NCBI GenBank assembly: GCA_946965045.2
Contig: OX337232.1
Location: forward strand, 1,798,001-1,862,000
Direction: 5' to 3'
Source of the DNA: Epithemia pelagica
Lineage: Eukaryota > Protista > Bacillariophyta
Length of the DNA stretch: 64,000 bases
The position numbers and the translations under genes are program-made. The number at the start of each line of letters is the position of its first letter. The stretch's first letter is position 1. Under the pieces are notes generated by a model, which worked only from the letters and a program-made list of their open reading frames with translations, was not told where the DNA came from and did no database searches. Positions 32,916 through 45,000 of the stretch are shown here, piece by piece.

Positions 32916-34259
32916 TCAAGATTTTGTATACGTGTTGAGACCGGTTTTAGGGTCCAGGTTGGTGACAGCATCTGCTGAAACGGCAGACGCCGGTGACGAT
33001 GGTACCAATACCTGTGGCCCTGGCCCAGCTTTGGTAACGTAGACATACTGGACTTTGCCTGGATCCGGTGTCCCTTCGTACGATTCCGGCATGGTATCTA
33101 CACAGTGCTTGAGCAAGCTTGCATCGGCTAATGGAGACGAGGTTGCCTCGGGTGCCAAAATGCTGCTGTCACCCGAACGAATGTACGGCTTGGCGGAGGG
33201 AGACGAGGGCTCCGAGGGTGGCGCTGGAAAGAAATGAGATACCAACTGCACAATTTCCGTCAAGTATGGTTCAGTGGTATACAAGACGGCATTGGGACCG
33301 GCATCAAAGGTATAGGCCACGCGCAAGGCTCCATGAAAGTCATTGTAGGCAGTAATGAGTCGAATAATGTCCCGACTGGTGTCGTTCAAATAGAAAATCG
33401 GTGGAAAGGTATCCAAGCAGGTGGAATGAAATTGATTGGAATCTTTCATGGTCAAACAGGCAAAGGTTTCAAAGTCTCGATTGATCCAGGCTTGTTCCAT
33501 TTCTTCCATTCGACGAGGAACGACATGTTCGGAACGGTATTTCAAAAAGGGACTGGTTTTCACCGACGTTTGCATACCGGCCGTGGAACTGGTATGCTTT
33601 TTCTGCGCCGACACAACGAGAATCACGGCCCGCAATTCCGGCCAATGGTTTTCGGCATTGGGTCCAACAGGTTCGGCAAGACTATCTTTCCAATCATTGA
33701 CGGCTGTCCCGGCACGCCATGCCACAAAACCACCAAACAAGGACCGACACGAACTTCCCGATCCTTGTCTCGCAATGGTGGTCAACTCACCCGGAAAGCT
33801 CTCCTTGGCTTGGTACAATTCGGTCAAGGCGGCTACCAAGGCAGCATATCCGGCGGCAGAAGAGGCCAATCCTGCAGCTGTAGGGAAGGTATTGTAGGAA
33901 GAGACATGGACCTTCCATTCTTGCCACTCGGCGACCGTGACCAAGACTTGACTTCCGTCCTTCTTTTCGGTCGCCAAACGCTTGACGCCGTCGATACAGG
34001 CACGAAATCGTTTGTGCGTGTTAGCACCTTCATCTTCTTCTCCATTCAGCCACAGCCGATCTTGGGTGAACAAAGGGCTGGCAGCAACCGTAGTGACGGC
34101 ACGAAGATCAGTCTGATCCAACGTGACGGACAGAGACGCATTGGTAGGCGTATTGAATTCCACCGATGCCTTGCCCCAATATTTGATGACGGCAATGTTG
34201 GTCGGCGCCGTCACCGTCGCCATGAACATTTTCGGAGCTTCTTTGTCCTCGGTTGCCAT
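32916..34259 (-). CDS. MVD: Diphosphomevalonate decarboxylase
   Basis: APTNIAVIKYWGK, NTFPTAAGLASSAAG, ARQGSGSSCRSLFGG, DSNQFH, YTFDAGPNAV. Confidence 0.97.
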   Translation of the reverse strand: MATEDKEAPKMFMATVTAPTNIAVIKYWGKASVEFNTPTNASLSVTLDQTDLRAVTTVAASPLFTQDRLWLNGEEDEGANTHKRFRACIDGVKRLATEKKDGSQVLVTVAEWQEWKVHVSSYNTFPTAAGLASSAAGYAALVAALTELYQAKESFPGELTTIARQGSGSSCRSLFGGFVAWRAGTAVNDWKDSLAEPVGPNAENHWPELRAVILVVSAQKKHTSSTAGMQTSVKTSPFLKYRSEHVVPRRMEEMEQAWINRDFETFACLTMKDSNQFHSTCLDTFPPIFYLNDTSRDIIRLITAYNDFHGALRVAYTFDAGPNAVLYTTEPYLTEIVQLVSHFFPAPPSEPSSPSAKPYIRSGDSSILAPEATSSPLADASLLKHCVDTMPESYEGTPDPGKVQYVYVTKAGPGPQVLVPSSPASAVSADAVTNLDPKTGLNTYTKS

Positions 34260-34634
34260 ACTTCTCTCTTTGTTTGAGTCAACGAAAAACAATTATCCGA
34301 TCTATAATAACCAACACAATAGAGACTTGTAACTTGTAAGGTTATGATCTTGGATGAAATGAGGAATGAGGAGGTGACGTATCCAATCTCGAGCGGTATC
34401 ATCATATTCATGGATCGGAAAATGGATAGCAAGAACTATTCAGCGTCATTGGTAAAATGTAATGAGCAAGATGAGGTGTGAATCTCATCATTGTGTGATC
34501 CGACGACGGTCCCCCGGCGTGTTGTCCCTTCGCCATGAATTAGGGGGAGGCTCCCACCGCCCCCGAAACCAAACGGATCGAAAGGATTTTTGTTCATCAC
34601 CCTATGTCAGGCGCCAGATCGAAGGAAGACTCTC

Positions 34635-35552
34635 ATGATCCATGTAAATGTACTTGCGCTCACGTTCTTGCTTCTCTTTTCGTTGGATGCTGGTGCGCTT
34701 TCGAAAGTAAATGCCCTTGCATCCCCGCGTATTGGCGTTTGTGGTCGAATTGGTGCATCATCCTCATCAACAACAAGATCCTGTTGTATGATCCATCGTG
34801 CTCCGGTGTCACACCGCTCAGTGGTTCCCATTCACCGTGCAGCCGCAACATTGTGTCATCGGAAGACTCAACTGGTAATGCAAAAGATGGCATCCTCATC
34901 TAAGAGCGAAACAGACGGTCCAACGAGCAATCGTATCGTGCGTATATTGGCTCTGCATGGGAGTGAAGGGAATGCGGAACGGTTTCTCAGCGTATTAGAG
35001 CCTTGGAAGGAAATGGCCATGCAACAGCAAAATCTGGAGTTACAAATCTCTGCTCTTACAGCACCGGTAGCCAAGGGAAGAGGCTATGCCTGGTGGTCCA
35101 TGCCACCTGGAGTCCGATCGTCCAATGCGGAAACCTACGAATCCTTTTCCGACAGTTGTAAATTGGTCCAAGAGCAACTGGGTCAAGCAGAACAGCCGTA
35201 CGACTTGATTGTAGGATTCTCGCAAGGAGCCATTTTGGCCACGGCACTCTTGGCATTGGATAAGATTCCCCATCCCTCCATGGGATATGTTCTCGTGGGT
35301 GGAGCCTGGCCCAATCCCTTTACCCGTGAAATGGAGTCGTTATCCTTCTCCTCGACTGTACCTCGTGTCTTGATTGTCACGGGCAATGGGGATGAAATAA
35401 ATCCACCCCAACAAAGCTTGCGGGTCCAAGATGCCTTGCAAAAGGGCGGATGTCGGGTGACAACTATACAATTTGACGGCGGCCATGTGGTACCAACGAA
35501 ACAAGATGATACAATGGTCCAGATACTAGATTGGATCGCCAAAGGAATCTGA
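34635..35552 (+). CDS. Serine hydrolase, FSH1/OVCA2 family, with N-terminal signal/targeting peptide
   Basis: ILALHG, GFSQGA nucleophile elbow, G..D, FDGGHVVP. Confidence 0.88.
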   Translation: MIHVNVLALTFLLLFSLDAGALSKVNALASPRIGVCGRIGASSSSTTRSCCMIHRAPVSHRSVVPIHRAAATLCHRKTQLVMQKMASSSKSETDGPTSNRIVRILALHGSEGNAERFLSVLEPWKEMAMQQQNLELQISALTAPVAKGRGYAWWSMPPGVRSSNAETYESFSDSCKLVQEQLGQAEQPYDLIVGFSQGAILATALLALDKIPHPSMGYVLVGGAWPNPFTREMESLSFSSTVPRVLIVTGNGDEINPPQQSLRVQDALQKGGCRVTTIQFDGGHVVPTKQDDTMVQILDWIAKGI

Positions 35553-35744
35553 TTCAGAGACAAACCAAGAAGGATGAAAAGGTCGCCGGTTCGAACAATG
35601 ACATCCATTGTTGAACTGGGACAAAAAATCGATCGGTGTGGAAGCAGAGTCTACCAAATCGGAATCAAGGAGAACAACCTTCCAGCGACCTGTTGCGAAG
35701 GATAAAGGAATGAGACACCATAGCTTGTCGAACCCTGTTCTATT

Positions 35745-36307
35745 TTACTTTTTGAGTTGTGATAAGATGCGTTGTTGCATAGGCTTGAGAAGGGATATGT
35801 GGTTATCGACCGTTTTGGATATACAAGCAACCAATGCATCTTCCACTTGTTGCATCTTTCGTGCATTGTTTTCGTCCCCTGGTTTCATCATATCTCTTGC
35901 CTTGTCTTGACACTCCTGCATGGAACGATTGAGTCGATTTTGAAATTGGTTCACCTCCTAAAAAATGGAAAAACGCATGGACCAAAGAAAGTACGAAGGG
36001 AAGGAATCGTGTAAGTACCCAAGGATGGGCAAATGGGAAGAGCACGCTTTCCTTGCGATCCTCTTACGTTTTGCATAACATTGTTCGCTTGTTGATGTGG
36101 AAGGTGACAGGTTCGCGCACAATGATCCAAGGTTTCCGAAGATCCTGCCGAACCGGCCTTGTCGTAACAGGACACGACACAGGCATAGGCCGATCGGGCA
36201 ACCTTTCGAACATGGTTCTTTTCAATGTCGTCTAATACGCTTCGAGCTGCATCTTCCAATTTCGCGTTGAGCTGCTGCGCCTTGGCTTGGGCCGTGGAAC
36301 TCGCCAT
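35745..36307 (-). CDS. FAM136A (DUF842) family protein; exons 36307-36068, 35957-35745
   Basis: Twin Cys pattern C...CY...C...C, EVNQFQNRLNRSMQECQDKA, C..K.VD.HI.LL. In-frame GT-AG intron. Confidence 0.88.
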
Positions 36308-36588
36308 GTTCGATACAGAAAGAAACGATGAGGCAGAAAGGATTCTAATGGAAAAAAGGTATTACACGTCGGTTGAAGATCTTGTGTTTTGTTTGGGGGG
36401 GATCCGATTTCCGATTGTGGGGCCGCGCGGGTTTGGAGTTTGGAGGGTTGTCGGAGTCGGAAGGACGGCAAGACGATCACATGAAAACCCCGAAATGAAG
36501 ACACCCCCAAACCTCTTTCGTCGAGGGGGGGGGGACGACGCAATGCAATGATGAAGGGGCCCGAAAATCAACAGAGGGGCAAAAACTC

Positions 36589-39051
36589 ATGACAATGGGA
36601 ACCACCGAGTCCTTGTTCTTGGAGACAACACCATCACACGAAGAAGACGGCGACGGATCGACTTCGGGTCAGACTCATGAATCTTATCCGCAGTGGAATG
36701 CTGTTGAAGTTGGTACAGGTGGCGCATCAGGAGTGCCGTCGATACCACTCAGCCACGTCGTTCGTGAGGAGGGACCACCCAGAAGTGGACCTGTCGTCAA
36801 TGGTGGCTCGAAACGACCTGGAAAACCACAAAGGAGAGGAAATGATAGAGGATTAAGGCCGTTACAGCTAGACGGAGCGTTGGTGGGTCTACGAGGATCC
36901 GGGAAACGTACGCTCTTGCAACGTTTGGATGGTCAAGACCCCTTTTTGGAACCAGCCAATGGTTCACATGGACACACCACCACAAACCAACATAATAACG
37001 TCAAATCATTCTCTGTCGCTCAGGCAAAAGGGGAAGTACTGGTTAATCAAGTGATTGTCCCATACCAACCTCCAGGGAAGGTATGGGATCGAGTGCGATT
37101 GCGAGTTCTGTCGTCCGAACACTTGATACGTTCCAAGGATATAGATCCTGAGGGTGCCGAAACAGCCACCTCCTTGGACTTTTTAGTTATTCTGTTGCAT
37201 CCTCGCACAAAACGAGAACGACTAAAATCATTTTTGACAAAAACACTGCAAAGATACCTGGATCGACAAGGCTATTCGAATGCATCCAGACGCACATCAA
37301 GTGACCATGAGAGGTCGACGACTCTTCCACCTCGACCAATTTCTCTTTGTCTCTTGCTCAACTTTCGAGATCTGGTGAACCCATCAGACGCTTCACAGTC
37401 TTCCATACAAGAATCAGATATCACATCGACCACAATGGAAATCTTGCAGCAGCAATCCACCTTGGACCCTAGCAAACTGGTATTGCAGTTTGGCGTAACG
37501 TCCTTGAAAAATTGCTATGGATTGGATGTTCTTCACAACTTTATCTATCAAAGCTATCTTTTGCGGAAGCAATGGGATCTCCAGCAACAGCTTTCTGAGA
37601 TTGAACAGGTTCACTCACATTCTAAACGAGTCCAATCCACAGAATCTTATAATCAATTTTTGACCCGTATCTTTGGGAAGCATGACCAACCCACTGTGGA
37701 TCGTAAAAGCCATGATTCAGACAAAAATGAAGCTTACATGGACAGTGCGCAAAACGACACGCGACGACAATCTCAGACAAACGGTTCCTCAACAACCATT
37801 GCTCCTGTTTCTCATGCGCCACAACAACAAAGCACCCAGCGCCCCGGACACTTTTCTACGCCCTCTGCGTCGTCCACGATACCGGTCATCTCCGTTGCCT
37901 TGGAGGACTTTTTGGCGTCTTCAGACGATGAAGAGGACAAGAAAAACACACCTCCACACAACCGTGACCAAGGAAAAGGTCCAATACATCCAGAGAGTGA
38001 CAGTGATGACGACGAAGAGTTTTTTGTGAGTGGCGATGGAAACAACACCGTGATAAAGGATGAAAAGAAGAAAGATTCATCATCTCCAAGGGGGCATTCC
38101 AGTGATGCGGAGAGTGTCCAAAGGGTTGGTGGAGCTAAGGAGTCTGTATCGAAAACCACAAAGGTCGATGATGATCACTCTAGCGTTGCTGAAACTTCCA
38201 CGATAAACAAGAGCCCTTTGATTATTGATGAGGAAAAAGGTTCCACCAGCACAAGCAGTCAGCAAATCTCGAAAGGCGAGCAAGTTTTCAACAATGGGGG
38301 TGACGGTAAGGAATCAGGGGATGTGTCCTTGAATCGGCCGGAAAAAGAAAGCACAAACGACGAAAAAGTGCAATTAGAGGTATCGCGTGTTGAAACCTTG
38401 ACTGCTACGGATTCGATTGCCGCCGCTGCTTCCGAGTCGACTGTTGTAGCGGTAGAGAGCGATGAAGGAGACAATCACTCTGAATTGAGACCAACAGATG
38501 TGAATCAGGAACCCGATGAAGCTGGACAATCGGTTGTTAAGCATGAAAGCACACCGGATGAATCATCCACTAAAGGCGAGTCGACGTTGACAAAGGCTGT
38601 CGCGGTGACTCCCGAACCCGTAACTGACCAGTCAGGTAATAGTTCATTCCTAGAGAAGGAAAAACTGCCAATTACAAAACGTGACACCAACCCGCTTGAT
38701 GACGAGGACAGCGATGACGAGGAGTTCTTCATTGGAGGTTTAAACCAGGAAACGGCTGCATCGACGAACCAAGCGTCTCAATCTGTGACATACAGTGCCG
38801 CTCCTCCTCCTGACAACAAAAGGAATGAACCTGAGAAAACAACTACCACCAATAACTTGGGATTGAGCTCGGCTGCTCTCGCGGCAATCGCAAACGCCCA
38901 GAGGGAGGCTGAAATGATGCTATCTACATCTGAGCCTACGAAAGCCAAGAAAAAGACAGAGAAGAAGAAGAAAAAATCAAAGGAAATGAAAAAGACCAGA
39001 AAGAAATCCTCTTCTGCCAACGAGGGTACCGTGACAGCAGAAACCGATTGA
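36589..39051 (+). CDS. RABL6-like atypical small-GTPase-domain protein with acidic low-complexity region and Lys-rich tail
   Basis: Degenerate P-loop GLRGSGKRTLL. TSLKNCYGLDVLHNFI..YL.RKQ.DL resembles the RABL6 post-G-domain motif as I recall it. KKKKKSKEMKK tail. Confidence 0.6.
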   Translation: MTMGTTESLFLETTPSHEEDGDGSTSGQTHESYPQWNAVEVGTGGASGVPSIPLSHVVREEGPPRSGPVVNGGSKRPGKPQRRGNDRGLRPLQLDGALVGLRGSGKRTLLQRLDGQDPFLEPANGSHGHTTTNQHNNVKSFSVAQAKGEVLVNQVIVPYQPPGKVWDRVRLRVLSSEHLIRSKDIDPEGAETATSLDFLVILLHPRTKRERLKSFLTKTLQRYLDRQGYSNASRRTSSDHERSTTLPPRPISLCLLLNFRDLVNPSDASQSSIQESDITSTTMEILQQQSTLDPSKLVLQFGVTSLKNCYGLDVLHNFIYQSYLLRKQWDLQQQLSEIEQVHSHSKRVQSTESYNQFLTRIFGKHDQPTVDRKSHDSDKNEAYMDSAQNDTRRQSQTNGSSTTIAPVSHAPQQQSTQRPGHFSTPSASSTIPVISVALEDFLASSDDEEDKKNTPPHNRDQGKGPIHPESDSDDDEEFFVSGDGNNTVIKDEKKKDSSSPRGHSSDAESVQRVGGAKESVSKTTKVDDDHSSVAETSTINKSPLIIDEEKGSTSTSSQQISKGEQVFNNGGDGKESGDVSLNRPEKESTNDEKVQLEVSRVETLTATDSIAAAASESTVVAVESDEGDNHSELRPTDVNQEPDEAGQSVVKHESTPDESSTKGESTLTKAVAVTPEPVTDQSGNSSFLEKEKLPITKRDTNPLDDEDSDDEEFFIGGLNQETAASTNQASQSVTYSAAPPPDNKRNEPEKTTTTNNLGLSSAALAAIANAQREAEMMLSTSEPTKAKKKTEKKKKKSKEMKKTRKKSSSANEGTVTAETD

Positions 39052-39289
39052 GCATCACAGTGTTCATTCATCAAAGATGACCTGTGTTTAGTGTCCATGG
39101 GAAGCTTGTGTGGTTCTTAGTCGATCCGAGGGTATTGCTCCAATACCATTTTGCTTGCATGGAGTGATGTCTCTGTCTATCAAGCCTCCCATATCATATG
39201 CTTATCAACTCTTGGTCCTTCACGTTGATGTATATAGTAACTTAGTGACTTGGTTTCGGGCAAGGGTATTAAAAGTTTACTCTATCAAA

Positions 39290-40121
<832 letters not shown>

Positions 40122-40642
40122 TCAGGGGAATAAAGTTATGTTTGCTGCTGTATGGTGGGTTTCTCCCCGCAAGACGTCGATTGCTTTCGATTTTTGTTTT
40201 CTCATCGCCATAGTCGCACATTGAACATACTTCCACCGTCTGTGGGGCGTACGATAGAACTCGACCGATCTTTGGAGAACAATCAGAGCAGGTAGCTTTT
40301 CAGCAATCTATCATGAGGCATGAGGGGCATTTGGAGGTCCGTCTTCTCAGTCTCAACCTTCTAGAAAACCGACTATTGCGTGAACAATCCAACCAGAAAG
40401 AGGTCATGTGGACAATTGATATTTTATGCCCGTCCGTCTCCGTAGAAATAGTTACTAGGAGTACTCCTACAAGGAGCAGCTGGAGTCGTTCCGATCGAAG
40501 AGTAGCCGAGTCCCGAGCACGCCAACGTCTCACCGTCGGTCGTCCTGTTCATCCTCTCCCTCCGTGTCGTCGCGTGGGAAACCTTGGAGTCGGAGATCTT
40601 CGATGGCACCGTCGATGTTGCGACCTATTCGAACTATCCAAG

Positions 40643-41305
40643 ATGATTGAGCCGAATGCGACCCTGTATGTCAAAAATATCGACTGGAAGGTCAAGAAGC
40701 CGCTTCTGAAACGAGCGCTGTATGCGCTGTTTTCAAGACATGGGAAAGTGTTGGAGGTGATTGTCCTTCGTCGTGATGGGTTGCGAGGACAGGCTTGGGT
40801 GATAATGGAAGATGTCCAAGCGGCCACAGCCGCTCTTCAAGCGGAGAATGGGTTTACATTTTTTGAAAAGGATCTTGTGATTGAATATGCTCGGGAAAAG
40901 TCTGATCGGATAGCAAGACTAGATAAGACATATGTGCCAAAGGCAAAACGACGAAAGGTTGCCAAGGACGGTGCAGATGCCGAACACACAGAGGCAGACG
41001 ACAAAGGTGATGGCAGAACTGAAGAAGATGGGGACGCCTCTGAGCCGACACAACAACCGAAAGCACCACAAGAGCCACCCTCCAAGTATTTGCTTGCTCA
41101 AAACCTTCCCGAAGCTTGCAATGAAATGATGCTCGGAATGTTGTTTCGACAATACACTGGGTTCAAGGAAGTTCGGATGCCACGTCAGGGCCTGGCCTTC
41201 ATTGAATTTGAGGATGAGCCGCATGCAACGCTGGCCTTGAAAGGGTTGAACGGTTTCAAACTTTCGCAAACAGAAGCATTGGAGTTGACATATGGGAAAG
41301 CATAG
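40643..41305 (+). CDS. U1A/U2B'' snRNP protein (two RRMs)
   Basis: PNATLYVKNI, LYALFS.HG..L.V......LRGQAWV; C-terminal RRM LLAQNLP...FKEVR...AFIEF. Cannot separate U1A from U2B''. Confidence 0.9.
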   Translation: MIEPNATLYVKNIDWKVKKPLLKRALYALFSRHGKVLEVIVLRRDGLRGQAWVIMEDVQAATAALQAENGFTFFEKDLVIEYAREKSDRIARLDKTYVPKAKRRKVAKDGADAEHTEADDKGDGRTEEDGDASEPTQQPKAPQEPPSKYLLAQNLPEACNEMMLGMLFRQYTGFKEVRMPRQGLAFIEFEDEPHATLALKGLNGFKLSQTEALELTYGKA

Positions 41306-41439
41306 GTTACAGTGCGTGTCTTTGATAAGCTGAAGTGGATGGAGTTGGAAGAAAGATCTGGGGATCTGTGCACTTGAAACAGAATCTTTAGTAATGCCTG
41401 TTTATTCGCTTTGCTTTGACTCATTTGAATGATGCCAGC

Positions 41440-41638
41440 CAAACTCCGTAACATAAACTCCATGACGTAATTAGCTGACGAGACTAATGGAAGGCGCATG
41501 CACATTCCATTCAAATGGAAAGCCCATGATTTCTTTGGTGGAAGGCTCAAACTCCGCAGCATAAACACCATGACATAATTAGCCGATGAGACCAATAGAA
41601 GGGGCATGCACATTCCATTCAAATGGAAAGCCCATGAT
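41440..41638. repeat. Imperfect tandem duplication, period 108 bp
   Basis: caaactccg...gcatgcacattccattcaaatggaaagcccatgat at ~41440 and ~41548. Confidence 0.9.
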
Positions 41639-41715
41639 ATCCTTGGTGGTAGTGCCGTTTCTCTTCACTGGATTTTTCTTCCTGCCACAAGTCGTACCCG
41701 TCCCAAAGACGCCAG

Positions 41716-43335
41716 TCAATGGGGGAGCTTTCTTTCTTCGAGGACGAGTCGAATCTGATGCAACGACCTCTGCTGCGATTGATCAAAATCGAAGAAGAGC
41801 TGGAAACTCTCGATCACATATGCAATACAGGTGATGACTTCCAATTCAGCAAAGTCTTTCCCAGGACACATTCGAGCTCCATGTCCAAAGGCCATGTGTA
41901 CTCCGGATCTTATGGAGGGGAACTCGAGAGATTCCGAATCCTTTGTTTGCACCAACCAGCGTTGGGGACAAAACTGGCTAGGATCTTCTCCATTCGGACC
42001 CAGAGGAATGTCGGCTGGTGGATGTGTTGGGTGAGTATTTGCATATTGTGTGAGCAAAATTATCTCCGTTCCTTGTGGTATAAAGACCTTTTCATTCGAC
42101 TCACTCTGTCCAAATGAAAGATCTTCTGCAGCAGCAAGAAAAATGGTTGGGAGGGGCCCAAAGCACCGCGCCAGCTCCATGACAAATGATCTCGTTCTCG
42201 GAAGACACACCATCATGTCCTCCATGGATGCAGTGCCTACACTTCCACGGGGCAGCCGGGCGAGCTCCTCGACCAAGCTTTCTTGCAATTCCAGGTCTGA
42301 CGCAAGCTGCCAAAAGGCAGTCACCAAAAGTGTGCCAACAGAATCACTACCTCCGATAAAAAGGGTGAGAAGTTGACCGACAAGTCTATTTTGGGGCATG
42401 ATGTCCTCCGAATCATGGTTGAGTGCTAGAAGCTTTGAGAGAAATGTTCTCGATCGATCGTTGTCACTGGTGGGATCAATGTCCTTGATCGACTGTTCAT
42501 GTTCTGAGATGATCTTGTCCAGTTCACGAATCAGTCGATTCTTGATCCATCCACCACCATCAAGGTAAGGCCCGATAAGAGGTATTTCCCAATACGCAAA
42601 AGGAGAAAACATACGAGTCATCGCCAAGTCAAGAATTGCCATCACGTCTTTACTCGTCTTGTCGGACAGAGTTTCTAGTGAGTTTGAATCTTTACCATAC
42701 ACTGCCAGCGACAGAATATCAAGTGACACTGAGTGTAGATCGTTGTGAATGAGCACTCCATTTGTAGAGGAGGGTTCAATACCTGAAGGACACGAACTAC
42801 GCCATTTCTCGACAAGTCGACGGCATACAATCTTCATACATTCGTGGTAAGAAGAACGAATATTCATCCGATTGAGAGCCGGCCCAACAAGTCGTCGATC
42901 AATTGACCATTGCTTTCCTTCAGCAGCAAAAAGTCCCAGGGCACCAATTCCGTTGGCGACAGACTTTGCTTTGTTGCTTCTGACCAGTTTGAAAGGACGA
43001 TGATTCGACATGAGGTCCAAGATACGATCCTGCCGACAAACAACGATGAATCTCGTCCCCATCAGACTGAATTCATAAGCTCCATGTTCGTCGCCATACT
43101 GGTCTGCCCAATCAGAGAGTTGTTCATAAAGACGAGACAAGCCACCGATTTGCCACACGTTTCCAAACCATGGGATGCTTCCAGGAACCTTCGCCCATGA
43201 AGAAGATGCGAACTTCGCGCTTCGACATCTCCTTCTCCTTCCACTGCAGTGCAGTAACACGAATGTAGTTGTGACAAGTAAACTCGCGACAGCTAACTCT
43301 CCAACTGTAAGAATAGTGCTCTTGCTGTTGAGCAT
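41716..43335 (-). CDS. Cytochrome P450
   Basis: N-terminal TM and Pro-rich hinge (VPGSIPWFG), I-helix LFIGGSDS, ExxR (ELAR), F.P.RW, heme motif FGHGARMCPG. Confidence 0.95.
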   Translation of the reverse strand: MLNSKSTILTVGELAVASLLVTTTFVLLHCSGRRRRCRSAKFASSSWAKVPGSIPWFGNVWQIGGLSRLYEQLSDWADQYGDEHGAYEFSLMGTRFIVVCRQDRILDLMSNHRPFKLVRSNKAKSVANGIGALGLFAAEGKQWSIDRRLVGPALNRMNIRSSYHECMKIVCRRLVEKWRSSCPSGIEPSSTNGVLIHNDLHSVSLDILSLAVYGKDSNSLETLSDKTSKDVMAILDLAMTRMFSPFAYWEIPLIGPYLDGGGWIKNRLIRELDKIISEHEQSIKDIDPTSDNDRSRTFLSKLLALNHDSEDIMPQNRLVGQLLTLFIGGSDSVGTLLVTAFWQLASDLELQESLVEELARLPRGSVGTASMEDMMVCLPRTRSFVMELARCFGPLPTIFLAAAEDLSFGQSESNEKVFIPQGTEIILLTQYANTHPTHPPADIPLGPNGEDPSQFCPQRWLVQTKDSESLEFPSIRSGVHMAFGHGARMCPGKDFAELEVITCIAYVIESFQLFFDFDQSQQRSLHQIRLVLEERKLPH

Positions 43336-43659
43336 TCTCTCTCCGTTCGGTGGTGTCGATCTTCGTGGATGGCATTGATGCCAAAAAGACGTCCGGTCGC
43401 TCGCACCCGCATTTCAGTCGCACCCAATGGTCGACTAAGGTCTATGGCCTATGGCCTTGGCTTCGATCATCTCAAGAAGAGAGTACCTATTACAACTACT
43501 CCTAAGCTCTACTTCATGAACAATGGCCATAAGAACTGATTAGATCAATTCACTGTACACTAAACACTGAGCATTTTGTTGGTAGATGTTGGTGGGTCGA
43601 CATGAATTGTAGTGAAACAACACAAATGGGTACTCCTTCTCGAAATAGTCCATCAGTTT

Positions 43660-44600
43660 CTACACTGCCATGGTGTTATCCGCACCCAAGGCACCGGAAG
43701 CCTTCCACCAGTAATAGAGTTCTTCGTATGTGATCTGATCGTCAAAGTTTTTGTCCAAGGCCAAAAATGCCGCAGCAACCTCATTTCGACTCATGTCAAC
43801 CCCAGCATCCCGGATAAAGGCAGTCAATTCTTTCACATCCAAACTACCGTTGTGATTTTTGTCATGTTCAATCCACTTTTCTTTCAGCTGGGTTTCGTTC
43901 TTTATTGAAAATTTCAACAGACGCAAGTCTCGAGCCGCTCTGAATGACCGTATGTTACAATATCACAAACACAAAGGTTTGAGTGACAAACGCGTAAAAT
44001 GAGAAGCAGGCCACATCTATACTTACGCAATTCCCACACCCATAGCAGTGACTCCAACGAAGATCATAAAGCCACCGACAGCCCAGTCCAGCATATTCCA
44101 GTTTGACACTTGCAATGTTCTGTGAACCAGAAAGAAGTGACGATAGGAGAAGTGGAAAATGTGAGATGGAGAGCGATGCAAGGAAACGAGAGAGAGACCT
44201 AGCAAGAAAAGGAAAATACTCACCCAACAAAGAAATACAGTGCACCGCGTCCCCATGTCATTTCCAAGAATTTCGCGTAATATCGAATACCAGAGTTCAA
44301 CCGACGTGAACAAGGACCTGGTGCTTCCAGCAACGTAATGATAATACCAAAAAATACTCCATAGGTTGCAATCACGAACCCACTGTAATTGAACGAGAAG
44401 AACCGATCGAGAATCGCGATTCCGTTGGAGAACACCATTGCCAAACCACCAAGAAACCCAAGCATTCGAAAGGTAAGAGGACCATCCGCTCTGGCTTTCT
44501 TTATCTTGTCCGCGGATTGATTCACAAAAGTGGCCCCACTGACTGCTGCTGCAGCCGCCACCTTTGTATCCAACAAAGCTGTGCTTTCTGCCGTCGTCAT
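43660..44600 (-). CDS. COPI-associated/TVP15-like membrane protein with two C-terminal EF-hands; exons 44600-44224, 44119-44027, 43939-43660
   Basis: Y..FFG..I..LE and FLEMTWGRGALYFFVG. EF loops DKNHNGSLDVKE and DKNFDDQITYEE. Two GT-AG introns keep frame. Confidence 0.82.
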
Positions 44601-45000
44601 GGTGCAACAGGTTCCTTCTGTTCGGTATCTAGAATCTCTTCTGTGGATTCTCCGCAATCCGCAATGACAATGAACCAAAGATATCCGCGACTGAGCTGGT
44701 AGGACACGTGTCCCTCATCAGGACAGCGCGAGCCGACCTCCAGAAAAAGGAGACGCGCTCACAAAAACGCCATTTCACACAACCATCGCCGTCCTCATGC
44801 CTGATGCAGCTCGCTGTTGATTGAGATGGGAAATGCAAAACATCGGAATAAGGCGAGGGATTTAATGGATTGATGGTGCGAGCCATCCTTTGAGAACCAG
44901 ACACCAGACCCAAAACGTTAGCATGTACACGGTGAAATAGATAGAAAATGTGTCTAACATACAGGGGTAATTTCTGATCCTTCGACACACTATTCCATAT

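Noticed and set aside
33234-34277. 347-aa plus-strand ORF antisense to MVD (likewise 5103-5816 and 14483-15181)
   Set aside because: Shadow ORFs opposite well-supported genes.
40313-40642. 110-aa in-frame extension upstream of the U1A/U2B'' ATG
   Set aside because: Lies in the divergent promoter shared with PSMA5; the family normally starts at the RRM, matching ATG 40643.
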